DNA of 64,000 bases from Mustelus asterias. Lineage: Eukaryota. Shown in pieces: positions 33,795-46,459 of this stretch (the stretch's first letter is position 1; each line of letters opens with the position of its first letter). The stretch lies in contig NW_027590128.1 of the NCBI RefSeq assembly GCF_964213995.1, positions 1,302,001 through 1,366,000 on the forward strand. The letters are read 5' to 3'. The translations under genes and the position numbers were made by a program. A model generated the notes under the pieces. The model was not told the DNA's origin. It made no database searches and was given only the letters and a program-made list of their open reading frames with translations.

Positions 33795-36187
33795 CTGGAA
33801 GTCCCTCCCTAACAGCACTGTGGGTGTACGTACACCTCAGGCATTGCAGCAGTTCAAGAAGGCACCCTTGGGGTTGACCATGGCCAAGGCAGCTACATAC
33901 AGCCACATATTCTGTTATAATTGAAGAACTGCAGATTGAATGTGAGGCATTGTGGGACTGGACTATCTTGACCATATTCCTGTGACTGCCCGGAAACTCA
34001 TGTGTCTATTTTAGTTTAAAATTGAGGATTTCTGGGAATAATGTCTCAGATGGTGGCCAGATTATCAAATTCAGTTCTCTCAAATAATTCATAGACAAAG
34101 AAACAAATATCTCCAAGAGAAAACTGTCACCTCATTCATCTCATCTCGACTTCCCTTTCACTCAAATCTTCATAAACACCCAAATGTATGGATTCCTTTA
34201 AACTACACTTTCAGGAGTTCTCGAGAATCTTTAGAGTTAAATAAATCATTAAATATTCTCAGAATATCTTTTAACAGAAACCAAACATTTCTGTTTGATT
34301 CCAGGCATTATCAACTTTGTTCTTTCCCTTAAACACCAGGTAATTTCCATTTTAAATGCTTGAAATAGCAACTCACATCAGATATTTATCAATTCCAATC
34401 TCAAAAGCAGGCTTGTTGGCTTTCTGAAAAGTAAAGTCTTTTATTCTCTGCTTTAATTCTCAAAACTGCTGCCTTCACTCGGATTGTTTGTGAGTGAAAC
34501 CGTCATCACCTGTTTAAAAAAACCCCATAAACAATCCATCTGGCTCTGGCCAAGATCCCAGTGAGTTAATGTGTCCAATCACAGGTTACATTAAAAAACA
34601 AAGGCTGTGTGGAGATTTATAAAAATCAGCTGTCTGCTGAAAGGGTTAACTTCTCTGTGGAACCGAGAGAGGCGGGGAGTGGGCAGAGGAAACTTGGCAA
34701 TTGCATCAACTTACATAATTTAAAAAACTTCTCTCATGTTATTTTCTTCAATTTTGTTCAAATTTCATCTCTTTTATCTCTCCTTTTTTGAACACCAATT
34801 TCAATTTTCAATATTTGCTACTTAATCAAAGTTGAAAGAAATACTTTGTGAAATGTGTTGTTAACTGAATCTCAACAATTTTAACTCAAATGTTTTGGAA
34901 AGTTGGAACTGGTTTGCTGCCAAACTGCAGCCTTATCTTTGTGTTTTGGGAGCAAATTGGCCTTCACAATTCTAACCTTGAACAACTTAATTTCAAACCC
35001 AAATACATTCCTTTCACATTTTAGTACAGTCTGAATTTATTTCAAACAGAAACACACGGCAGTTCAAATTAAATTAATTTTTATTCCCTTTCCAAACTAA
35101 TTCTTCGAATCTGTGATGCTTTCAAACAATACCCTGCTTCAACAATTATGACTCAAATGTACAGTATTCCTTCAACTGAGAAACCAACTTGGAGTAAGCG
35201 TTGTGGATCATGATGGTGCAGAAGTCATGGCTAACCTCACACACCTGCATTCCCTTATCACACAGGAGAGGCAGAGGAGAGGGAGGAGTGCTTTCAGTGA
35301 TTCTTTTTTTTTGGAGAAAACAACAACATCTGCTCGCTGGTGACTGATTTGTGTCTCAGGTTGTTTGATGTTAGCTAAACACAGGGATTGGTCTGTCTCA
35401 GGGAGGTGTCACTTTGTGGCTGAATTAACTTCCTCAAAGTCCCCATGGCATTTTCTAACTCTTCACTTGATCTGATATTTTCTGACTGTAAATCAATATC
35501 TTGTTCCAGAGTTTGGCCGAACAGCAGTAGATTTTTCTGAGCTCCACTCACCCTATCGTCTGCCCCCTGTTCCCAATGTAACTGATTGTCCAGGTCAGAC
35601 GTGCTCTCCTGCCAGCAATCAGCTCCATTCTGCAGCTTATCCACCAGTTCCCTCAACTCTTTATATTTTGTACTCAGCTGTGAGGCAACAGGTTTCCAAT
35701 GTAACTGTAAATTAATTTATTCTGGACTTTTTCCAACTCACTATTTCCTTTCTGAATCTCTTTAGAAAACCTATCAAGGACCCGCTCGTAATCTCCGTCA
35801 CATTCTTCTCCACCTCCCAGGGTATCTTTTGCTCCTGATGCCCTTGACTCCGTTGTCAATCTGTCAGTCACATTGTAGCAGATGCCAAAGCCATTGCTGT
35901 ATTTGTTTTTTTGAGGCAGCAGTGCTAACCACTGTGCCACTGGGTGGAATGCTGGCCCAGTGGAGAGAAACATAGAAACTAGAAGCAGGAGTAGGCCATT
36001 CAGCCCTTTGAGCCTGCTCCACCATTCATCTTCATCATGGCTGATCATCAAATTCAATATCCTGATTCCCCAATTCCTTCCATATCCCTTGATCCCTTTA
36101 GCCCCAAGAGCTATATTTCATATCTTCTTGAAATAAGACAATGTTTTGGCCTCAACTATAGCCAAAACATTGTCTTATTTCAAGAAC

Positions 36188-36412
36188 ATGGTGGCACAGT
36201 GGTTAGCACTGCTGCCTCACAGCGCCAGGGACCCATCTAATTCCAGTCTTGGGTGAGTGTCTGTGTGGAGTTTGCATGTTCTCCCTGTGTCTCCGTGGGC
36301 TTCCTCCAGGTGCTCCAGTTTCCACCCACAGACCAAGGATGCCCAGGTTCAGTGGATTTGCAATGTTGAATTCCCCCTTAGTATCCCAAGCTGTGTGAGT
36401 TAGATAGGTTAA
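36188..36412 (+). mobile_element. HE1/V-SINE, 3'-truncated
   Basis: Head and V-domain. Confidence 0.8.
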
Positions 36413-36520
36413 TACAGTAAGAAGTCTCACAACACCAGGTTAAAGTCCAACAGGTTTATTTGGTAGCAAATACCATAAGCTTTTGGAGCACTGCTCCTTC
36501 GTCAGATGGAGTGGAAATGT
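36413..36520 (-). mobile_element. Penelope pLTR fragment with degenerate hammerhead (CTGACGA..GGAGC/agt/GCTCC..AAAA)
   Basis: Matches 18631-18730. Confidence 0.8.
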
Positions 36521-37402
36521 CCACACATTGCTAAGTTTGCAGATGATACAAAGATATGTAGAGGGACAGGTAGTATTGAGGATGCAGGGGGGCTGCAGAA
36601 GGACTTTGATGGGCTCGGAGAGTGGGCAAAGAAATGGCAGATGGAATACAATGGAAAAGTGTGAGATTATGCACTTGGGGAGGAGGAATGGAGGCATCGA
36701 CTATTTCCTAAATGGGGAAATGCTTTGGCAATCAGAAGAACAAAGGGACTTGGGAGTCATTGTTCAAGATTCTCTTAAAGTTAACGTGCAGGTTTAGTTG
36801 GCAGTTAGGAAGGCAGATGCAATGTTAGCATTCATGTCAAGAGGGCTAGAATACAAGAGCAGCGATGTACTTCTTAAACTGTATAAGGCTCTGGTCAGAC
36901 CCCATTTGGAGTACTGTGAGCAGTTTTGAGCCCCACATCTAAGGAACGATATGCTGGTCTTGGAAAGGGTCTGGAGGAGCTTCACAAGAATGATCTCTGG
37001 AATGAAGAGCTTGTCGTATGAAGAATGGTTGAGGACTCTGGGTCTGTACTCATTGGAGTTTAGAAGGATGAGGGGAGATCTTATTGAAACTTAGTAGAAA
37101 AAACTAGAACCAGAGGGCACAACCTGAGGCTAAAGGGATGATCCTTTAAAACAGAGATGAGGAGGAATTTCTTCAGTCAGAGAGTGGTGAATCTTTGGAA
37201 CTCTTTGCCGCAGAAGGCTGTGAAGGTCAGTTCATTGAGTGTCTATAAGACAGAGATAGATAGGTTCTTGATTAATAAGGGGATCAGGGGTTATGGGGAA
37301 AAGGCAGGAGAATGGGGATGAGAAAAATATCAGCCATGATTGAATAGCGGAGAAGACTCGATGGGTCTGGTGGCCTATTTCTGCTCCGATGTCTTATGGT
37401 CT
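36521..37402 (+). mobile_element. CR1-type LINE 3' portion, degenerate
   Basis: KFADDTK-like, KCEIMHLGRRN and YKALVRPHLEYC motifs; tail GTCTTATGGTC. Confidence 0.85.
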
Positions 37403-39570
37403 AAGCTCACAACTCCTTGATTAAAATAAGATACAAGATCCTCATTCCCCTTCATTATAACTTAACCTTTTTTTAGCCAACTTCCAAGGCCTGATTTAAT
37501 AGGAAACATCTCGTCTTTGTTGATTTAAAATCCCAAACATGTTGCCAGCTGCAAAATCTTTGTTCGTTATCTGGGTTTGAGGTGACAACACGATAAAATC
37601 CTCACAGTTCTTCCAAATTCCTCCAGGCTCCGCTTAAAATTTACACATTTAACTGGTTCCCATAAATCCTCAATCAAAAACTAAAATAGACACATGAGTT
37701 TCCAGGTGATTTACAAAGAAATGAACCGTCTGCAGAAAGGGTTAACTTTTCTACAGAACCTAAAGGGGTCGGGAGTGAGCAGAAAAAACTTGGCACACAA
37801 TTACTTCACTTTACATATGATGGGGGTTTTTCTCAGAGGCTAAGTATTGAGCTGAACCCGGCGAATACAATGATTTGCAAAAGACAGTATACTGGTTAAA
37901 GACATTCTTTATTGACCAACACATGCTGGAAGAAAGGCAGCTGAGCAGTCCAACTCCTTTCTAAAGTTACAATACATTGGCCGCGTAGTTATACTATTTT
38001 GAAAGTTCATTTCACCCGCCCACTCTGTCACCCTAACTGGATGCTCCAATCGTGTTCGTGCACAATATTTACCTTGGCCAATAACATCCTATCTTCTGGC
38101 AGAATGGAAATTCATTGGTCTGTAGAATCTGAAAGTTCCTGCCCACTGTTCCTTTGCAACTTTCACTTACATAGGTCCACAGGGTTCAAAGGTTGCTTTC
38201 TAACTGACTCTCAGCAACTTCTATTACATAGGTTATATGGTTCAAAATTTCCTTTCCACTGTCTGCTGAGCCATCCCTTATCAGTAAAAAATGAATAAGT
38301 CTATACATTCTAGTGTCTGGGAAGCGTTTACTTTTATAACTCATACTGATAAAAACTGTGCTCTGTGGCTTCACTGTTCTGACAGAGTGTGGCCTGTCTC
38401 ACACAGCTTTTATCCCATTATGCTTTCGGGCAGTCTGCAGTTTGGCCAAGGTGTACATTTTAGTCCAAAAAGTACATGTTTAAATTCTCTAAAAGTGGAT
38501 ATATGTATCTCTATGCAGACAGTACCTTTGTATAATATAAATAAGGCACGTTGTGGTCCTTATTCTATGTTAGTCTAAGTCAGTCCACCCTGTTTCAATA
38601 GCTTTTATTAGTTTTTAATCTCAAGGTATTCTGAACCCCTCAAACAAAATAACTTTAAAAAACTTAAAGTTTATAATTAGTCTCAAGTAAGCTTACATTA
38701 ACACTGCAATGAAGTTACTGTAAAAAATCCCCTCTCTAACAACAAAAGAAACTTGATTTTAAACTTCATCTATTAATTTTTTTGTTATATTCCTCAACCT
38801 ATTTTAATTTGATCAGTTTTTGTTAGGGATGGGTAATTTCTGTTCTTTATAAACTGGTTCACTCATTTTGTTAATTCTACATGGGCTCGGAGAATCAGAA
38901 CCCAGACTTTATCATCCATATCCTTTTTCTCCTTTTGTCACCGCTTTCTCTCTGTTTTGCGGGAGGGTCGTGGGGATTCCAATCAGACCGAATCATTTAT
39001 TATAAAAGTAAAACAAAAACAGAAAATGCTGGAAAATCCCAGCAGATCTGACAGCATCTGTAGGGAGAGAATAGAGTAAGAAGTTTAACAACACCAGGTT
39101 AAAGTCCAACAGGTTTATTTGGTAGCAAAAGCCACATAGCCAACGTTTCAAGTCTGGATGACCCTTTATCAGAGCTCCTATGAAGTGTCATCCAGTCTCA
39201 AAATGTTGGCTCTATTCTCAAATCATTTTATCGATAAGTTTCTTGCTCTTAGTTTCCAAAAGACAGGTAAGAAATCTGTCTGGTGCCCACTCGAGCTCTG
39301 AATTTTTCACTGGCCATGCTTGGGTCAGATTATAACCATTAGAATCCACTCTTAGAGATCCACTTTTCAGTCCAGTGCTACTTGGAGTGTACCGTCACTT
39401 CACCGATTACCAGGTCACAAGACCTTCACAGTTCTTATCACAAATTTATGATAAAATAATTTAATGCCTGAGAACGCTTCTTAATCTACTACCTACCACC
39501 GTTTGTTGATTGGTCAGACCCCCTTTTTACAGATTTGGATATCTCAGCCACTGAATATCAGCTGGTTATT

Positions 39571-39889
39571 CATAGATTCATAGAATCCTACAGTGCAGAA
39601 GGAGGCCATTTGGCCCATCGAGTCTGCACCGATCACAATCACACCCAGGCCCTATCCCCGATGTATTTACCCTCGCTAGTCCCCCTGACACTAAGGGGCA
39701 ATTTAGCATGGCCAATCCACCTAACCCACACACCTTTGGACTTTGGGAGGAAACCGGGGCACCCGGAGGAAATGGGGACAGGGGGAGAATGTGCAGACTC
39801 CACACAGACAGTGACCCAAGCCAGCCAGGAATCGAACCCGGGTCCCTGGCACTGTGAGGCAGCAGTGCTAACCACTGTGCCATCATGGC
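39571..39889 (-). mobile_element. HE1/V-SINE, full length
   Basis: Head, V-domain and CR1-type tail on minus strand. Confidence 0.9.
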
Positions 39890-40708
39890 ACCCAAACTTA
39901 TGGAATAAGTTTAATTCTAACTCATTCTGTGTAAGTATTCTCATAAGGTCCTCTGTTGGGGCCCTGCTAAGCAGCTTTAATGGTCGGTGATTGCAGAAAC
40001 TGAGCAGTCACAGGAATGTGGTCAAGATAGTCCAGTCCCATAATGCCTCACATTCAATCCGCAGTCCTTCAATTATAACAGAATATGTGGCTGTATGTAG
40101 CTGCCTCGGCCATGGTCAACCCCAACACTGCCTTCCTGAACTGCTACAATGCCTGAGGTGTAAGTCCACCCGCAGTGCTTTTAGGGAGGGATTTCCAGCT
40201 ACACATTCCTGACAAGATTCTGACAGGTTTAGATAAGGTGGACAAAGAAAAGCTGTTCCCATTAGCTGATGGGACAAGGACGAGGAGGTCACAGATTAAT
40301 GGTTTTGGGTCAGAGATGCGGGGAGGGATGTGAGGAAGAATAATTTGATGCAGCGAATGGTAATGACCTGGAACTCGCTGCCTACGAGGGTGGAGGAAAT
40401 GGAGACAATAAACAATTACAAAGGAAATTGGATGGGAATTTGGGGAGGTTTCAAACAGAAATGCTGACTAAATATCTCTGAACTTCCTCACGCCCGGTCA
40501 CTCTGTGATCCTTGTGAAATTTGAAACCAGGTATTTGCAACAAGACTCAAAGAGCATCAGCCCACTGGAGGCAATGTCGTGAGACCGGCCAGTCCAGCAG
40601 AAAGAAACCCTCCGACCCTCTCCATTGACTAACTGTGAGAATGAATAAAATGCAGTCCTGGATGTAATTGAGAGCAGAAACAATAACAGCAGAATCCAAC
40701 CCCTGGAA

Positions 40709-41803
40709 TCACTCGTGAACTTGTTGGTGTCTCAGCAGCTGGGCTGAAACTCTGAAACCCTTTCCACACTGAGAGCAGGTGAACGGCCTCTCCCCAGTGT
40801 GAACTCGCTGGTGTGTGCACAGGTTGGATAAGTCAGTGAATCCCTTCCCACACTGAGAGCAGGTGAACGGTTTCTCCCCAGTGTGAATACGCTCGTGTAT
40901 CCGCAGATTGGATAACTGACTGAATCCCTTCCCACACTGAGAGCAGGTGAACGGCCTCTCCCCAGTGTGAACTCGCTCATGGGTCCGCAGACTGGATAAC
41001 TGAGTGAATTCCTTCCCACACTGAGAGCAGGTGAACGGCCTCTCCCCAGTGTGAACTCGCTTATGTCTCCGCAGGCTGGATGAATCACTGAATCCCTTCC
41101 CACACTGAGAGCAGGTCAATGGTCTCTCCCCAGTGTGAACTCGCTGGTGTGTCCGCAGACTCGATAACTGAGTGACTCCCTTCCCACACTGAGAGCAAGT
41201 GAATGGTTTCTCCCCAGTGTGAACTCGCTGGTGTGTCTGCAGGTTGGATGATTGAGTGAATCCCTCCCCATACTGAGGGCAGGTGAACGGCCTCTCCCCA
41301 GTGTGAACTCGCTGGTGTGTCTGCAGGCTGGATAAATGAGTGAATTCCTTCTCACACTGAGAGCAGGTGAATGGCCTTTCCCCAGTGCAAACTCGCTGGT
41401 GTTTGCGCAGGTTGGATAACTGACTGAATCCCTTCCCACACTGAGAGCAAGTGAACGGTCTCTCCCCAGTGTGAACTCGTTGGTGTGTCTGCAAGTTGGA
41501 TAATTGACTGAATCCTTTCCCACACTGAGAGCAAGTGAACGGCCTCTCCCCAGTGTGAACTCGCTGGTGTGTCTGCAGGCTGGATAACTGACTGAATCCC
41601 TTCCCACACTGAGAGCAGGTGAACGGCCTCTCCCCAGTGTGAACTCGCTGGTGTGTCCGCAGGTGGGATATTTCACTGAATCCCTTCCCACACTGAGAAC
41701 AGGCGAATGGCCTCGCTCCAGTGTGACTGCGCCGATGAACTTCCAGCTCTGATGGGGATCTGTATCTCTTCCCACAGTCCCCGCATTTCCATGGTTTCTC
41801 CAT
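40709..41803 (-). CDS. C2H2 ZNF-G, 13 fingers (finger 5 ends in Cys instead of His; finger 7 has C>Y)
   Basis: Open frame MEKPWKC...HQQVHE; highly homogeneous CSQCGKGF repeats. Confidence 0.85.
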   Translation of the reverse strand: MEKPWKCGDCGKRYRSPSELEVHRRSHTGARPFACSQCGKGFSEISHLRTHQRVHTGERPFTCSQCGKGFSQLSSLQTHQRVHTGERPFTCSQCGKGFSQLSNLQTHQRVHTGERPFTCSQCGKGFSQLSNLRKHQRVCTGERPFTCSQCEKEFTHLSSLQTHQRVHTGERPFTCPQYGEGFTQSSNLQTHQRVHTGEKPFTCSQCGKGVTQLSSLRTHQRVHTGERPLTCSQCGKGFSDSSSLRRHKRVHTGERPFTCSQCGKEFTQLSSLRTHERVHTGERPFTCSQCGKGFSQLSNLRIHERIHTGEKPFTCSQCGKGFTDLSNLCTHQRVHTGERPFTCSQCGKGFRVSAQLLRHQQVHE

Positions 41804-42599
41804 GGTGCATGTGTCCTTGCCTCTCTCTTTGGTGGACAATCAGTTGAAGCCTCGTTAACACACACACAACACGAGTGCAGTCTCTCCCCGCTGTTAATGG
41901 TGTGATCTTTATTCAGGCTGTGTAACTGGTTAAAGCTCTTTAACACCCTCACCCGAGCGTGGCAGCGAGTTGGTCCTTTTCCAGTCACACTGACATTTGA
42001 AATCCTTTCAAATCGACAGACCGGACAATCATTTGTCCTTCTGGATTCAAAGGCCGATGATATTCAGCTCCCAAGGAATATGACTCTGTCAGATCTGATG
42101 TGACGTTTGAGATTTCGGTCTGTGATTCCTCTTTCAATATCCTGTAAAATGAGTTTACAAAAGTCATCAGTGTCAGTACAGGACAGAAATTCAGAACAGA
42201 CAATTCTCGTTTCTATGGAACATTCTTTCTCTCTCATTCCCCAAAAGCTGTGAATCTCCATCCCACACACTCTCCCTCCATTTTCACTCTGCTGTATCTA
42301 ATATTCACCCTCCCAATTCTCCTGAAGGTGCTGATTGAGGCTGATTGACAGATCCATGCTCACTGCAGTCTCCTGATTCTTTTGTCCTCTCCAGATTCTC
42401 TCTCCTCCTGTCCTTCAACTGGTGACTCAGGCTGTGGATCAATCCCACTCCGTCACTCTCATTCTCACAAATAATGCAGCTCACAACAACAAATCATATT
42501 TAATGATTTTATGACTGATTTTAAACATGCGGAAATATTCACCTTTTCCCAGTTGGGTCTTTGGTTGAAGTTGCTGCTGGGGTGAAGGCGGAAGCGGCA

Positions 42600-43140
42600 G
42601 AGTGAGATTCCGGAACAATGTGAGGGGGCGGGGCTGGAGGACCGAGCGGGAGCGGCTGGTCCTCCAACCAATCGGAGTGAATGAGAGGCGGGGCTGGAGG
42701 ACCGAGCTGGAGCGGCTGGTCCTCCAACCAATCGGAGTGAATGAGGGGCGGGGCTGGAGGACCGAGCTGGAGCGGCTGGTCTTCCAACCAATAGGAGTGA
42801 ATGAGGGGCGGGGCCCAACCTCTGCCGGAGCGCCCGCCCAACCTCTGCCGGAGCCCGCTGCGCAGGCTCTGTGCGGGGCTGTGACTGGAGCATGCGCAGT
42901 GCGGATGCAGACAGTGGTGTGGAATCCGCAGGGAGACATGAGGCCCGGACAGGAGAGGAACAGAGCCGGTGAGTGGACTGGGAGGTTCCATTAACACCTT
43001 CTGGAGGATTCACGATCCGAATAAGAAGCTATCGGTTCCGTGTTTTCAGGAAGAGAAGCTGCGAGTTTTTTGATGACAGACCTGGGGTCAAGGCTGCCTC
43101 TTGATCGCATGAGGTTGCAACAGTGCGCATGCGCAGTGCT
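42600..43140. promoter_or_regulatory. CpG-rich promoter between ZNF-G (-) and ZNF-H (+)
   Basis: GC boxes, CCAAT boxes, perfect NRF1 palindrome TGCGCATGCGCA at ~43124-43135. Confidence 0.65.
42625..42815. repeat. Three tandem 60-bp promoter units (GC box, GGAGGACC/GGTCCTCC inverted pair, CCAAT)
   Basis: Exact 60-nt periodicity; followed by duplicated CCCAACCTCTGCCGGAGC. Confidence 0.95.
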
Positions 43141-43744
43141 CCCTGCCAGCAGAGGAAAGGAATGAATTTCTATCTGCAAAACTCAAACCAAGAGAAATGT
43201 CTCTCATCTGAATTCTATCCTGAACAGATCGTGATGATTTTTCATATTGAGTCTCTGTCTGCTCTCTTCCTGATCTCAATTGGAATGCTAAAACATTAAT
43301 GATCTGTCTGAAATTCACTCTGTCAATGCTGCATTAGTTACCCAGAGCACCCCATAAAGTCCCTATGCATGATTCTAGGTACCCAGTGCACAGGTTATGG
43401 AATCGGCCTGTGCTCTGAGCATGCATAGTGTGGTGCTGTTGCTGACAAATTGAGCATTGTGTGGGGCCTGCTAACTGTGGGTAAGCCGGCGTGGGGAGCT
43501 GGAAACTGTGGGTGAACACAGGTTCAGAAGGGGGCCTAAACACTGGGTGAATGTGGGTGGGGTGGGGTGGCAGGAAACTGTAAGTGAGCACATGCCTGGG
43601 GAGCCTGGAAACTGCAGGTGAACAATCTGGGGTGGGGGAGATATCTGGAAAACATGATGAAACGCAGAGTCTGGAAAAATGCAGGTGAACACAAGGGGAG
43701 AGTGGCTGAAACTGTGGATGAAGAGTGGAGAGTCTGGAGACTGT

Positions 43745-44010
43745 TGATTTTTTATTTATTCTTGTCACGTGTGTTACTATAAAGTGAAAAGTATTGTTTC
43801 TTGCGCACTATACAGGCAAAGCATACCATACGTAGGAAAGGAGTGCAGAATGTAATGTTACAGTCATAGCTAGGGTGCGGAGAATGACCTTAATGCAAGG
43901 TAAGTCCATTCAAGAGTCAGATGGCAGTAGGGAAGAAGCTGTTTTTGAGTCAGTTGGTGCATGACCTTAGGTCCAGGGTGTGTGGGGTCCTTGATTATGC
44001 TGGCTGCTTT
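43745..44010 (-). mobile_element. Rex1/Babar-type LINE 3' fragment replacing the 5' part of ZNF-H
   Basis: Homologous to 58580-58885. Confidence 0.7.
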
Positions 44011-44017
44011 GCATTTA

Positions 44018-44557
44018 AACAACCTGCGGATGCACCAGCGAGTTCACAGTGGAGAGAAGCTGTTCACCTGCTTTGTGTGTGGGAAGGGATTCACTCACTC
44101 ATGGAATCTGTTGACACACCAGCGACTTCACACTGGAGAGAGGCCATTCGCCTGCTTTGAGTGTGGGAAGGGATTCAGTCGCTTATGCAGCCTGCAGACA
44201 CATCAGCGTGTTAACGCTGGGGAGAGACCATTCAACTGCTCTGAGTGTGGCAGGAGATTCATTCCGTTGTCCCATCTGCTGGCAGACCAGCGAGTTCACA
44301 GTGGAGAGAGGCCATTCACCTGCTCTGAATGTGGGAAGGGATTCATTGAATCGTTCACCCTGCAGATGCACCAGCGAGTTCACACTGGGGAGAGGCCGTT
44401 CACCTGCACTGAGTGTGGGAAGGGATTCACTCAATCATCTAACTTGCTGACACATCAACGGGTTCACACTGGGGAGAGGCCATTCATCTGCTCCTTGTGT
44501 GGAAAGGGATTCATTCAGTTATCCCATCTGCAGACACACCAGTGAGTTCACAAGTGA
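44018..44557 (+). pseudogene. C2H2 ZNF-H, 5'-truncated pseudogene (~6 fingers)
   Basis: No MEKPWKC start; His ligands lost (RVN, LAD); CGA>TGA at 44543-44545 just before the normal VHK* end. Confidence 0.8.
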
Positions 44558-45484
44558 TTACAGAGAATGGATTCTGCCATTGTTCCTGCTATTAATCACT
44601 TCTGGGACTCAGCCATGTTCATTCTGACAGGTGGCAAAGCGGGAGTGTCAGAATGTTTCTTTCTGGTGGACTGGCTGGTCTCGGAACTTTGCTTCCAATG
44701 GTTTGATACTCTTAGAGCCTTGTTGCAAAATTCTAGTTTGATATTTCATCTGAATCATAGAATGAAAGGATGTTTGGGAGGTCAAAGATATTTACTTTGC
44801 ATTTCTATTTGGAACACCCCAAAGCATGCCATGTTGCCATGGAGATGGGCTGTGGTGTTTAATAGGTTCTTTTGTTTAATTCAGCTGAGTGTTCCTCATA
44901 GAAGGAAAGTTCAAAGATTTGAGGGGAAAGTTAGCTTAGGTAGATGGGAAGCTACATTAAAAGATATGATAGAAGATAGGCAATACCTAACATTTCAGGA
45001 ATTAATACATGATTTATAACAAGTGTGCATTCCTTTAAAGACAAAAGTCCTGCAGGAATAGTGATTGCAACTGTGGTTATCGAGAGAAGTAAATATTCGC
45101 ATTAATCAAAGGAAGAGGCTCACAAAGTGATCAGAAAAGTATTAAGCCAGAGGATTTGGATCTTTTTAGAATTTGGCACAAAGGAACTGATAAAGAAAAA
45201 GAAAACAATGAGAAAGAACTGGTAAAAAGCATAAAAACTGACTGTAAAAACATGATGCATGAAAAAGAAAGAAAAAATGTGTGTTTGTTACCACAGAATT
45301 GATAATGGCGAATGAGGAAATGGCTGAGAAAAGAAACAGTTCTGTAGAAGTTCGTATGGCCTCAAAATATTAACCGTACTCCTCTCTCCACACATGCTGC
45401 CAGACCTGCTGAATTTCTCCAGCATTTCCTGTTCTTATTTATTATTAAACAAATGTGTGTCGGTCTTCATCAAGGATGACATAG

Positions 45485-45895
45485 AAAGTGTGTGTGCATG
45501 CACGCGTGTGTTCTCTCCAGTCACACTGATGTTTAAACTATTTGAAGAAGTTTCAAATGCAGACGAAATTGAGGCACCAATAATTGAGTGACTATCAGAT
45601 CTTGGATGTGATGTTTGTTGGGATTTCACTCTGTAAATCCTCCCTTTTCTGATATACTTTAAAAGGCTTGACAAAAAGCATCACTATCAGTGCAGGATAG
45701 AAGTTCAAAACAGACAATTCTAGTTTCTATGGAATATTCTTTCCTCGCTCCTTCTCCCAAAGTTGTAAATCTCCATCCCACACACTCTCTCCTTTCTCAT
45801 TCTGCTATTTCTAATATATATCCTCCCAATTCTCCTGAAGGTGCTAATTCATGTTGATCAACAGATCCCTGCTCACTGCTTCCTGTCCAGGACAC
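45485..45895 (-). pseudogene. Orphan ZNF 5' module (small exon, intron, acceptor, leader finger) with no finger array
   Basis: Paralogous to 13850-14260; SV*LE motif at 45521-45523. Confidence 0.65.
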
Positions 45896-46459
45896 ACACA
45901 CCGTCTTCATGCCAGCTGCTCACATGTATATATATTTATTGGACTAAATGTCAGTGTAATTTCCAGATACAGGGTTATGAGGAAGACCACTCCTCAGGCA
46001 GTGAGCGATCTCGACCTGGCACTGGCTGCCAATGAGGGTGGTGGAAGCAGAGATAATTAATTATTTCAAAACAAGATTGGATGGAACTTGAAGGAAATAA
46101 ATTTGCAGGGCTACGGAGATACATAGTGGGAATGGGATTAACTGGATTGTCCTATAATGAGTTAGCATGGATTCCAGTTGACTAATTGACTCATCTGCCA
46201 TCATGGATCTAATGCTGGAAATATAGAATATAGCTATAGTTCCAAAGTACCAGACCAGAAATAAGAACAAATGACAGAAATATTATACTAATGTACCAAA
46301 GGATAACACTAGATGTATCCCTGTTGGTATGATCTTTGTGGAGACCAATTACCTTAAAGCAAATAAATTCCCAGAGAAACTCAATGGAATAAACCGAAGG
46401 ACAACATTTCACATTTTAAAAACTTTTTCTGTAACAATCTAATTAAAATTATCAAACGG

